A DNA stretch of 64,000 nt from Octopus bimaculoides (lineage: Eukaryota). The position numbers were made by a program, and so were the translations under genes. The stretch lies in NCBI RefSeq assembly GCF_001194135.2, contig NC_068993.1, positions 39,830,047 through 39,894,046 of the forward strand, written 5' to 3'. Below, piece after piece: positions 37,270 to 49,569 of the stretch. Below the pieces are notes generated by a model. The model did not search any database and had not been told where the DNA came from. It was given only the letters and a program-made list of their open reading frames with translations. How positions within the stretch are numbered: position 1 is the stretch's first letter; the number at the start of each line of letters is the position of its first letter.

Positions 37270-37526
37270 GATATAAAATGCGCCCTTTTAAAGCCTAGCC
37301 AGGCTCATGGACCCGGTTTCCCGGTTTCAATGGCGTATGTGTTCCCCAGCTGGATGGGACGCCAGTTCATCGCAGCGTTACTCAATTTTTCCAGCTGAGT
37401 GAACTGGAGCAACGTGAAATGAAGTGTTTTGCTCAAGAACACAACGCGTTCCCCGGTCCAGGAATCGAAACCACAATCTTACGATGATGGTGCTGACACC
37501 CTAACCACTAAGCCACGTGCCTCCAC
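37270..37526 (-). mobile_element. SINE family C, full-length young copy with 16-bp TSD
   Basis: Reverse complement is nearly identical by eye to 23768-24026. Flanks AATTGCCACTCGTAAT (37254-37269) and AATTGCCATTCGTAAT (37527-37542). Confidence 0.95.
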
Positions 37527-38020
37527 AATTGCCATTCGTAATTATACTATATTATTAACTAAAGGCGGTGATAATTTTTATAAATCAAAAATTTATGTTG
37601 CATAGCATTTAATATAGCTGTATTTGTCTATGTTTTTCTCATACATGCCACTAGCTACTTTTAGTTATTGTGGTTCTGAGGAATATAAAATATGTAATCG
37701 TTCTCTTTCTTTTTGTCAGTCGATCGATCATGGGTCGATCGGTTGATACGATTGAACTATGGGACTAAACTCCCACAGAACTTATCTGAAACGTTAGTAA
37801 GCCTTCAATATATACATAAAATCCATTATGCATGTGCATTTTCAACAGCATCCTGTAGCAACGTACCAATTTTCTTAGTGACAGGCTTTGAGTTCGATCA
37901 ACCGGATTCTAAAATCTATCACAGAACATGTTAGTTAGCCTAGTGCATCTTGCTCTACAAGAGCTAATGAAGTATTTCACCTGAATTTTGAATCCCTTAC
38001 TAATCTCTTTTCTGTTTTGA

Positions 38021-38059
<39 letters not shown>

Positions 38060-38085
38060 CATATATACACACATATACATATACA

Positions 38086-38121
<36 letters not shown>

Positions 38122-38820
38122 TTTATATAAACATACTCATATTTAAGATGGCAAAATGGGTGATTTAAAATAGATTTTACAGAGGCTGAATCGTCGATCC
38201 GTTGTTGTTGCGGTTGCTGTTAGCTGTTGCTGTTGTTGTTAATGTTGATTTATTGAAACCAAATACATTGAGAAAGGTGTGTGCATAGACAAAGTAAAAT
38301 TAATTCAAGTCTACTACTATACTAAATTCAAAAGAGATGTGAAGAAGATCGTCGATCGATGACAGAAAAAAGCGTAGGAAAATTTTTAAATTTTCAGAAA
38401 ATATGAATGAAAGATTTGTTAAGAGGAACAGAACATCAACAGGTAAATTAAGAAATGTCACACTGTACAGTGGAAATAAGATGCTAAAACTAGAAACAGG
38501 CTTGGTTCAACCGGTGTATGGCGTGAGTACATGTGTGGTTTGTCTTTGTGCTAATGTGCGTGTATGTGTATCTGGGTTGTGTGTTGTGGATATAAAACAA
38601 TTCAATAACGTCTTCCGGCTTCTCAAAGAATATGGTTTGCAAAGTTCTTGATGCTTTCTATACCTCATTTACGTAATTACTCTGGTTTTCAGAGGCAGCG
38701 TATTTCTTCTATATGAAAATCAAAAATCTGGCGCCTTGCCTTCTCGCTTCATCTTACGCGCCTTGAAGACGCGCGTGACCACAATAGCAAGTAAAGATAG
38801 TAGGATTAAGAGAGAAACAG

Positions 38821-38858
<38 letters not shown>

Positions 38859-39101
38859 TCAAAGAATCAAATCACACACACACACACACACACACAACAT
38901 ACACACACATACACACGTACGCATACACACGCACACAGAAACAAACAAACGAACAAACAGGTAAAATGAAATGAAGTAAAATTTAAAACGAAACAAACAA
39001 AATATACCGAAAAAAATTGAAAATTAAAAAAAAAACATACAAGACTACTACCTTATTTCGCTTTCTTTGGCGTGTTTTATTTAGATAAGAACTCCTACCA
39101 T

Positions 39102-39132
<31 letters not shown>

Positions 39133-39596
39133 TGCACACATACAAGCACACACATACACGCACACACATACATACACATTCAAGCCATAGAAACACATTC
39201 ATGGAAACACACATGTCTAGATGTGTACATCTATAGCAAACACGTACACATACGTTTTATAGGAAATTAATGAATAAAATATCATGTCGGACGGATGCAA
39301 GAAAATCAAACTCCAGCATGCCATCTTGTTTTAAATCTGTTCAGAGGTTCACCTTCGTAGCATTTCTCCTAGAGATCGATTGACACTGCGTGTCGGTGTC
39401 TTCCGTCATTTCAGAGCCGTATTCTCTTCTATGGAATTATTACTTAATGGTTATGATTTAACGTATGTTAGTTATGTGGAATAATTCTCAAAAGAATAGA
39501 TCTTGATGGAATAAGAGCATGCTTGAAACACAGATGCGCCACACTGACTCACCTTTTCTTATTGAGAATATGTAGCGTGTGTGTGTATGTGGGCGT

Positions 39597-39658
<62 letters not shown>

Positions 39659-39739
39659 ACACACATACACATATAAAAATACATATACATAACATGTTCG
39701 CATATTTATGAATCCATCGCACTCTCTCCCTTTCTCCAT

Positions 39740-39771
<32 letters not shown>

Positions 39772-40014
39772 NNNNNNNNNNNNNNNNNNNNNNNNNNNNN
39801 NNNNNNNNNNNNNNNNNNNNNNNNNNNNNNNNNNNNNNNNNNNNNNNNNNNNNNNNNNNNNNNNNNNNNNNNNNNNNNNNNNNNNNNNNNNNNNNNNNNN
39901 NNNNNNNNNNNNNNNNNNNNNNNNNNNNNNNNNNNNNNNNNNNNNNNNNNNNNNNNNNNNNNNNNNNNNNNNNNNNNNNNNNNNNNNNNNNNNNNNNNNN
40001 NNNNNNNNNNNNNN

Positions 40015-40072
<58 letters not shown>

Positions 40073-40109
40073 AGAGAGAGAGGTAGGCAGATAGGTAGAT
40101 AGATATACT

Positions 40110-40326
<217 letters not shown>

Positions 40327-40654
40327 CCCTAGCGACAAAAAAAAAGAGATGTACAGAAGAAAATAAGAAGAAAGAACATTGGATAAAAATCAACAACAAT
40401 AATTGTTAAAGAAGAAAACTCCGAGTTCTAAATGAAATAGGAACTATTCACCATATTTTTATAACTATTCATAATAAGATATTTTGAAATATTTTATATA
40501 TGCGTTTGTAATTGAGTTTGTTTGTATATGAGTGTATCTTTTAATATGAGTAGCATGCTTGTATGTTAAAACATGCATCTGCTGAAGTACGAATATATGC
40601 TTGTAGATATGTGCATATTCATAGCTAAAACAGTTCTATTATAATTAATGTCAA

Positions 40655-41140
40655 TAAGGCGACGGGTTGGCAGAATTTTTTGAGTGTCGGACAAAATGTT
40701 CAGCGGCATTTCTTCTGGTTCTTAACGTTCGTGACTTCAAATTTCGTCATGGTTGACTTAGCCTTTAATTGTTTCGGAGTCAGTACCAGCTGATCACTTT
40801 GCTTTTCCTTTTTTATGAGTCAGTACCAGTTGATCACTGGGGTCGATGCAATCAACTTACGCATTTCCTCAAAATTGCTGTCCTAGTGCTAAAATTTGAG
40901 AAGGATATTAATAACGACAATAAGGCGACGAGCTGGCAGAATCCTCTGCTTGTCGGACAAAGTGCTGAACAGCATTTCTACTGGTTCTTCACATTCTTAC
41001 TTCAAATTCCTTCGGTGTTAACTTTGCAGTTCACCCTTTGCGAGACGCTAAAATGATTGCCAGCCAAGTACTGGGCTCTAAATAATTGACTTAACCTCTC
41101 ACTAAAAACTTCTGATTTTGTGCCTAAATTAGAGAGGATA
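40655..41140 (+). mobile_element. Two decayed SINE family A copies in head-to-tail tandem
   Basis: taaggcgacgggttggcagaat at ~40656 and taaggcgacgagctggcagaat at 40921. Each is followed by gtcggacaaa.tg..., an ACTTCAAATT B-box remnant, a core and an aaatttgagaagga/aaattagagagga tail. Confidence 0.8.
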
Positions 41141-42154
41141 TTGTTAAAAACATAGGTCGCTGGGGTGTCACAATGTGCTGTAGTGTTCAATTGACCTCTT
41201 TCTATGATACAAGTTCATATCTTTAGCAATCCCCCTTCTGTGAGTCGATGAGATAAGAACCCATCAAAATTCTGTAGCGGATATTCTCATCTAAATATTT
41301 TTTATACTGAGCATATCTTCATTTCTTTTTAGATTTAACATATTACAAATGACGAAGAGATCCAGACTATGCTTGGAACGCAAGAACTTACCTTTACATG
41401 CTACTAGAAATTTTAAAAAGGTGTCGATAAGACAATATTATTTAGGAGGGAGTTTAGGAGAGATCCACGAAAGCAATTTACCGTCACTTGAATTCAATAT
41501 AAATTTGAAATGGGTATAAAAGTTCAGAATGTCTTCAAGAAGCGTTCCGGAAGTATACGTCTCATCAATGAGCCCTACAAATCAAGGAACGGCACAGAAA
41601 CGAATTCCAGAATACAAGATAATCTGTTCATTAAGCGAGTCGTGAGCCAGGAATTTCAAGTTTGTTATTAGTTTGATAACGGGCACTCATAAAAACGAAA
41701 GATCAAATTCTACCTGTAAATTGTATTAAATTTTGAAAATGAAATTTTGATCAACACTGATTTTATAATCGTTCAATATGCAAAAAAAATTTGGGTGATT
41801 TAAAAATGTATATGCATATGTATATATCGAATAGAAATGCTGTTGAGATCATTAATCACGGGCCTTGTATTGGCTTGATCAGACAGGATTTCCGTACATC
41901 GCTCTCTTGATAAAACAAACTTGGGAAGTTTACTGGTTTAGTCGGCGCTCAAAAAATCATGAGGAGTGTTGTATTGGGTTACTGGCATGTACATGCGACT
42001 TGGCCTGCATACATAAACGGGGCATTACCTGCGAAGCTCAAAGGGTCAGATCTCCGTTCCGAAGCACTTAACGAACTAAACGGGAACGTCATGTGTGTGT
42101 ACTCTTGACTTTTGAGTTACTCATATAGTTTCAGAGTTTTAATATACATACATG

Positions 42155-42203
<49 letters not shown>

Positions 42204-42499
42204 NNNNNNNNNNNNNNNNNNNNNNNNNNNNNNNNNNNNNNNNNNNNNNNNNNNNNNNNNNNNNNNNNNNNNNNNNNNNNNNNNNNNNNNNNNNNNNNNN
42301 NNNNNNNNNNNNNNNNNNNNNNNNNNNNNNNNNNNNNNNNNNNNNNNNNNNNNNNNNNNNNNNNNNNNNNNNNNNNNNNNNNNNNNNNNNNNNNNNNNNN
42401 NNNNNNNNNNNNNNNNNNNNNNNNNNNNNNNNNNNNNNNNNNNNNNNNNNNNNNNNNNNNNNNNNNNNNNNNNNNNNNNNNNNNNNNNNNNNNNNNNNN

Positions 42500-42564
<65 letters not shown>

Positions 42565-42944
42565 GCATATGAACCAGACTATTTTGATTGCCAAAGAAAA
42601 TATCCATATGTGTGCTGTTCGGCAATGAAAGAGTATTTTTCATGTACATCAAATGGCTTCCCATACAATATATCGCAACCTCATACTCGCATACACACGT
42701 ACGTTGTGTCTCGCACGCATAGTCACACACACACATGTACACACAAACGCAACGCATGCAGACGCATGCACTCACACACACATATACACACATACACAAA
42801 AACACATATAAACGCTCAAAAACACACATAAACGCTCACACACGCACACACACACACACACACACACTGTAACACATGACCGAAATGTGATATTGTTGAC
42901 ATCAACGTGTTGATCGTCCTTTGTTGCAGTTATTTCATTGTCAA

Positions 42945-42949
42945 TTCTG

Positions 42950-43021
<72 letters not shown>

Positions 43022-43225
43022 GGTGTTGTTGTTGTTGTTATTCTGGTTGTCGTTTCTGTTGCTGTTATTTTATCATTATTGTTATTTTGTTTATTATCAT
43101 TATTATTACTATTATTGCTTTTTTTTATTATTATTATTACTATAAATATTATTACTATTATTATCATTATTATTGTTGTTGTTGTTGTTGTTATTATCAT
43201 TATTATTATTGTTATTATTGTTAAT
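42945..43225. repeat. (ATT)n/(GTT)n compound microsatellite
   Basis: Direct reading. Confidence 0.95.
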
Positions 43226-43800
43226 TTTATTATTACTTTGCTTTCTGTAAGCTGTAAGCTGCTTTGCTGTGTCTGTTTTTATAGTTTACAATAGAGTGGG
43301 TGGTGATAGGTTGGTTTCGTGACGTTCGTTGTTAGACAAGTGCGATTTAAACCATAGAAAGTGATGGGTTTACTCACCCATAAACAATAATGAGTACTAT
43401 TGAAGACATTACACATTACACACATCATACACATCGACATACAAACATATACACAGATTGTCACAACTGTCATATGTGTGCGAGTGTGTGTGTGTGTGTG
43501 TGTGTTTGTGTGTGTATTTACATACATGTATATACATACATAAATATGTGTGTGTGTATATATATTTTTTTATATATATAAATGTATATGTATATGTATA
43601 TTTAGACATATATACATACACAAACTGACACACTCACACACACATATAAATGTATGTATATGTGTGTGTATATATGTATGTGTAAGTATATGTAAAAATA
43701 TACATATATACATAAATATATATATATGTATATGTGTATATATATTTATATATATATAAGTATATATATATGCATAAATAGTGTATATATTAATATATAC

Positions 43801-43834
<34 letters not shown>

Positions 43835-44459
43835 NNNNNNNNNNNNNNNNNNNNNNNNNNNNNNNNNNTATACACACATATGTATGCATGTATGAATGTA
43901 TGTATGAATGTATGTGTGTATCTATACACTCATAAGAATGCGAATATAAGTATGTATATGAACGACCACCGTTACAATACCTCTAGTAGACGTTTATAGT
44001 ACAGTGCTATGAAATTCTCGAATCTTTGAGAGCAAGTTTAGACGGATAAAATAGACATAGCCTGAAATCATATATTTAATTACAAAAGTTATTGTTTGTA
44101 AAATTGACACGTTGTTTGAAATAGTTTGAGGTGACTAGTTGATTAAATCTGCCCTAGAGCTTAAATTTTACTTTTTTCGTATAGGACGGATGAAAAGTAA
44201 TGTAGGCGTAGGTGATATTTGAAATCAGATTGTAAACAGCCGGAACAGATACTAGAAGGTATCTTGTGCACAGTTCTAATGATTCGGTCAATCCACTGCC
44301 CTTAATAATACTTGTTACTTGACTAGGTACAGAGCCACAAATTTCAGTGGAAACCGATATCGTGTGTTACTTTATTTTATCGACCTCAGATGGATAACAA
44401 GCCAAATAGAATTGTACACACTAATCGTCTTGATAATAAAGTTAATAAGGAATTTACAC

Positions 44460-44640
44460 GTTGGTTTCAAATTTTGGCTCAAGGCCGGTAAGTTCAGTGG
44501 AGGAGGCTAGTCGACCGCATCGACTTTGACACTTTTTTTATTGACTCTGAAAGGGATGAAAAGCAAATGCAATGACGGACGAAATGCCGCTAAGCATTTG
44601 CTCAGTGTGCTAACGACTCTGCAAGTTCACTGCTTTAATA
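44460..44640 (-). mobile_element. SINE family A, reverse (a weaker fragment lies at ~44315-44410)
   Basis: ggtttcaaattttggctcaaggccggtaagttc...ctagtcgaccgcatcgact...gaaagggatgaaaagcaaa...gacgaaatgccgctaagcatttgctcagtgtgctaacgactctgcaagttcactgctttaa. Confidence 0.82.
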
Positions 44641-45711
44641 AGGAATATAAATATTGCTATATGTAAAATAATACACTGCAGAACACTATCCAAGGACTGT
44701 AGACGAACTGAAGACTGCAACTGCGGGATAGCTAGTGAGCTGGTCGGCAGAAAAAGGGACTTCCGGTTAGTCGGGAAAGGAGACGGAGACGTTGGCTGGT
44801 CGATGGTATTCGCTCTCACTATGTGTAGCTGAACGAAGCAAAAATAAATAATACTCCGACGCAATCTTGTTAGTTGATTTTATGTATAGATTAACAAAGC
44901 TATCACATTGTGATGACAAGATATACAGCTACATGCATCTGTATAATCTTTTCATATAGTTAGTAGATCTCCACCTTCATTATTGTTATTTTATTTCTGT
45001 ATCACAATATTTCAAGCAGACTACAACGTTCGTATCTATTACTTGAGCTTTTACAATCACACCATTCATTATTCTTTCAAAAATGTATTACATCTCGTAA
45101 CTTATTATACCTCTATTGCAGTACATTGAAAATTGATTTCAAGCCGGACATTTAAATTTGGTACCGGAGAGTAATTGGAGAGAAGCTGAAACAAGGTCTA
45201 AATAGGTCTTCAGGAGAGATAGGTCTCGAAAAAATAAACCTGACGTACTCCAGATACTTGTGACACGTGTACATATGTTTAGTGTAAATTTTAACTATTT
45301 GTGCACCATTGACCACAAATACACAATATTGTATTTGTGTTCACATAACACCTAAGTCATTTATATAATATGTACAAATTTCTCCGCGTTACCCATTAAC
45401 CAATACAGTGCCGTTTTAGGAAGTAAAGAATCCAGAAATGAGTAAACCTTCCCCAAGACACAAAAGCAGAAATACACAATTGTGTACTGGTAACCGTTGA
45501 AATAATAGTAAATTTATTCATCATTTCGATAATTTCATCTCAAGTGCTCGCAGTATATGAACTGTTATTTATATGAGAGAACCTGTAATGATGTCTCATA
45601 AATACTGATATCATATATTACACTAAATCAAATAGTCTAACTTCTATAGTATTTGATAACTCCGTTTATCTCACACAGCAGCGAAGAGCACATGAGAATA
45701 TTTAAACACGT

Positions 45712-45766
<55 letters not shown>

Positions 45767-45844
45767 TGCACACACGCATACACACACACAGATGAATGTA
45801 TATGTATATATAGATATATATATATATGTATGTATCTATGTACG

Positions 45845-45880
<36 letters not shown>

Positions 45881-46598
45881 NNNNNNNNNNNNNNNNNNNN
45901 NNNNNNNNNNNNNNNNNNNNNNNNNNNNNNNNNNNNNNNNNNNNNNNNNNNNNNNNNNNNNNNNNNNNNNNNNNNNNNNNNNNNNNNNNNNNNNNNNNNN
46001 NNNNNNNNNNNNNNNNNNNNNNNNNNNNNNNNNNNNNNNNNNNNNNNNNNNNNNNNNNNNNNNNNNNNNNNNNNNNNNNNNNNNNNNNNNNNNNNNNNNN
46101 NNNNNNNNNNNNNNNNNNNNNNNNNNNNNNNNNNNNNNNNNNNNNNNNNNNNNNNNNNNNNNNNNNNNNNNNNNNNNNNNNNNNNNNNNNNNNNNNNNNN
46201 NNNNNNNNNNNNNNNNNNNNNNNNNNNNNNNNNNNNNNNNNNNNNNNNNNNNNNNNNNNNNNNNNNNNNNNNNNNNNNNNNNNNNNNNNNNNNNNNNNNN
46301 NNNNNNNNNNNNNNNNNNNNNNNNNNNNNNNNNNNNNNNNNNNNNNNNNNNNNNNNNNNNNNNNNNNNNNNNNNNNNNNNNNNNNNNNNNNNNNNNNNNN
46401 NNNNNNNNNNNNNNNNNNNNNNNNNNNNNNNNNNNNNNNNNNNNNNNNNNNNNNNNNNNNNNNNNNNNNNNNNNNNNNNNNNNNNNNNNNNNNNNNNNNN
46501 NNNNNNNNNNNNNNNNNNNNNNNNNNNNNNNNNNNNNNNNNNNNNNNNNNNNNNNNNNNNNNNNNTATGGTATAAATATATATATATATATGCATATC

Positions 46599-46640
<42 letters not shown>

Positions 46641-46659
46641 ATATATGTATATATACATA

Positions 46660-47421
46660 CATTTTATCTTTTAACTTTTCTGGTTTCAACCAGAGGTTGG
46701 GGCACTGCCTTTCAGTGTTGGAGCACTGCCTTTCTGTGTGTTGGTTTTCTTCTCTACTGTTTTTGGTGACGTAGGGTGTTGGACGGAGATGCTCTTCTTT
46801 GCGCTTCCTGACGCAATGTAGGTTCATGTGAAATTTCAGCTAAATCTTTGTACAGATATTTTTTGATGACTTCCTCATCCACACTTTGCAAATCTCAGGT
46901 TGTTTGGTAGAATGATGAATAGTTATGAGACCCTGTCGTAATTGTGTAATAGCTATGTTAAACGGCTCCCTACCAACACGAAACTATGTTGTATATTTGA
47001 GTGGCATTTTCTCCGTTAGTTCTCCTCCAGGAACGTGATCAGCCTCCTTCTAACATGCGTTCCAAGACCTTGCTAACACCTGAAGTCAGAGAGATATGCC
47101 TGTAATGTTTAGCCTTGCTTTCTCATTTATTGACGGGGTATATGATACTATCTTTTAACAAATTGGGAAGTTTACCACTGGCAAAGAAACTGCAGTAGTT
47201 TTGGAAAGATTTCTTGCATCTCTTTAAATGAGAAATTGCAAATCCATCAAAGCTCGATGTTGAGTTTGAATTCATCTCATCAATGGACGATATTATCCCT
47301 TCCTCTACTACATCGATGTAATCGATAGTTGCTACTTTTCCATCTACGTGTGCAGTGTTGAAAATTTTATCAGGGTTGCTTCTTTGCTTGTTTCCTAGTT
47401 GGTAACCAAACTTCTTACGGC
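46660..47421 (-). mobile_element. CR1-group LINE remnant: start of the RT domain, internal deletion, 3' terminus
   Basis: Minus frames: IDEMNSNSTSSFDGF..HLKRCKK...FASGKLPNLLKDSIIYPVNK, AKHYRHISLTSGVSKVLER (NYRPISLTS..K..ER motif), RRRLITFLEEN, QHSF...RLT*LLHNYDRV (QHGF...SC.TQL), DL(F)AK..D. Then HEPTLRQEAQRRASPSNTLRHQ and a tail aaggcagtgccccaacc..tgaaaccagaaaagttaaaagataaaa. The 5' side ends at the gap at 47422. Confidence 0.9.
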
Positions 47422-47534
47422 NNNNNNNNNNNNNNNNNNNNNNNNNNNNNNNNNNNNNNNNNNNNNNNNNNNNNNNNNNNNNNNNNNNNNNNNNNNNNNN
47501 NNNNNNNNNNNNNNNNNNNNNTGTATTCATGTAT

Positions 47535-47592
47535 TTCAAGGCGGTTCTCTAGCAGATTAATGACTGAAACAACTAAAACATAAAAGATATAC
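47535..47592 (+). mobile_element. SINE family B 3' tail fragment
   Basis: ttcaaggcggttctctagca..taatgactgaaacaactaaaacataaaagat. Confidence 0.65.
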
Positions 47593-47624
47593 CTATACCT
47601 ATACATATACACATATGCACACAA

Positions 47625-47750
47625 TCACATATAGATGTACATCCATATACATATATATATGCACATCCATATACATATATAGATGTACATCCATATACAT
47701 ATATAGATGTACATCCATATACATATATAGATGTACATCCATATACTCAT
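47625..47750 (+). repeat. 24-bp minisatellite, about 5 copies
   Basis: atatagatgtacatccatatacat is repeated; it produces the spurious MYMDVHLY-repeat ORF at 47599-47799. Confidence 0.9.
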
Positions 47751-47789
47751 ATATGAGCGCACAGTCATAAATATATATTATTTCCCTAT

Positions 47790-47975
47790 TCTTTATCAAT
47801 TTAAATCATTGGACCGCGGCCATACTGGGGCAACCTCTTGATGAGTTTTAATGGAACAATCAGCACCAAAGACTGCTACTAACTCTTTTAGTCTCACGGA
47901 ACTTCAATGAACCTGTTGTCAAGCGGCGGAAGTGAAAAAGCTGAAACACAGACACAGAAACTCATACACATACAA

Positions 47976-48020
<45 letters not shown>
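47790..48020 (-). mobile_element. SINE family B 3' half, decayed
   Basis: aatcattggaccgcggccatactggggcaacctcttga...cctgttgtcaagcggcgga...acacagacacag followed by (CA)n. Confidence 0.65.
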
Positions 48021-48270
48021 CACACGTGTGAGTGTTTATATTCGCATATGCACCTTGTGGTATGCTGGGTAGAGCCCGTCCACCGTATTTGGCTACCTGG
48101 TGCCATCAATAGTATGTTGGTAAGTGCCACTGTATTGACTTCAAGAATTCCTTTGTGTTCGTAGAGTTTCTAAAAATATGAGAGAAAGGAAATGGAATCA
48201 CGATTGTAGTGAATAATAAAGATTCTCTTGAGTTCCATTTCCTTTCTCTCATATTTTTATATGTACATAA

Positions 48271-48301
<31 letters not shown>

Positions 48302-49265
48302 TGTGCAAACATGCATGCATATACACATATATTATTTCGTATAGAAGTATGTTCCCTCACAGATACACCCATATAGCTCCACATATAAGACTTGAATGTA
48401 TTTCAATCAATCGCTCCTGCTAAATACTCATGTGCAGGCACACTTACGTATATACATATACACATATACTCTTTTCCATAGGCACATATATAGACACATA
48501 CTGGAAGGCTGAGACCAGGTTGCAGAAAGCGTTGTTAAAGAAATAGAATATAACGAATATTCAACTACGTATATTCATTCACATGACACGACGATACTAC
48601 TGTAAATCTATATCGGTCCAAGCGTGCGGCTTTCTTTTGGATAATCGTCGGTGGCTTGGTGAGGACGACTTGGCATGCATGGACAACTGCCGGTCTTCGA
48701 CAAGGAGAAATTCATCCCAGGGCTGTGCATACAACCTGTAAATGCATAGTGAACGAATAAAAACCTTATGGGTTTGCCTGAGATAAGATTAAAGAAAGCT
48801 GACTTACGAATAAAATCTTTATCAATTTGGATAATCCTTAAGAAGCATAACGCATCTAAGACTACGTTACTCAATGCTTCCGTCATATTTTAAGACAGTA
48901 CTAATTGGTTTGAGGATGATATCGCTACTATCTTTACAGGACTAGTAGCTAAGTTGAAGCATCCATATTGGTTAGCTTTCATATAGTTTCCTTTTTTATA
49001 GTTTTTTGTTTTTTAATGTGAACATTTAATATCTGCTCAGTCTGAGATTAATCATCAACACTTCAATGTACATTAATGTAATTGTTGGATGTATAAATCG
49101 TAAAGGTATTATTTTATGCATACCTTACTTCAAAGATCGCGAATGTCAGACTTGGGAAATAAGGGGGTAGATTCAGCCGAGCGAGACACTTTCTGGCTGC
49201 TAAAACAAAAATGTATGAATTTGAAATACAAGGACATATGTGAGCAAAGAATGTGAAGTGAATAG

Positions 49266-49269
<4 letters not shown>

Positions 49270-49339
<70 letters not shown>

Positions 49340-49349
49340 NNNNNNNNNN

Positions 49350-49412
<63 letters not shown>

Positions 49413-49420
49413 CAGACAGG
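49270..49420. repeat. (CA)n, 10-N gap, (GATA)n
   Basis: Direct reading. Confidence 0.95.
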
Positions 49421-49569
49421 CAGATAGCTAGACTGATTGAGAGACAGATAGAAAGGTACATGATAAAAAGAAAGAGAAAGAGAGACAGGGAGGGAGCGAG
49501 AGAGTGAAAGAGAGAGAGAGAAATGCATTGTAGTGAATAAAAAATATACAGACTGCCATATAATTACAA

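Noticed and set aside
48600-48900. Possible Tx1/L1 3' remnant (KRAAFFWIIVGGLVRTTWHAW...); a similar suspicion applies to 25760-25990
   Set aside because: The resemblance is vague, with no diagnostic RT, endonuclease or zinc-knuckle motif, so I cannot support a call without a search.
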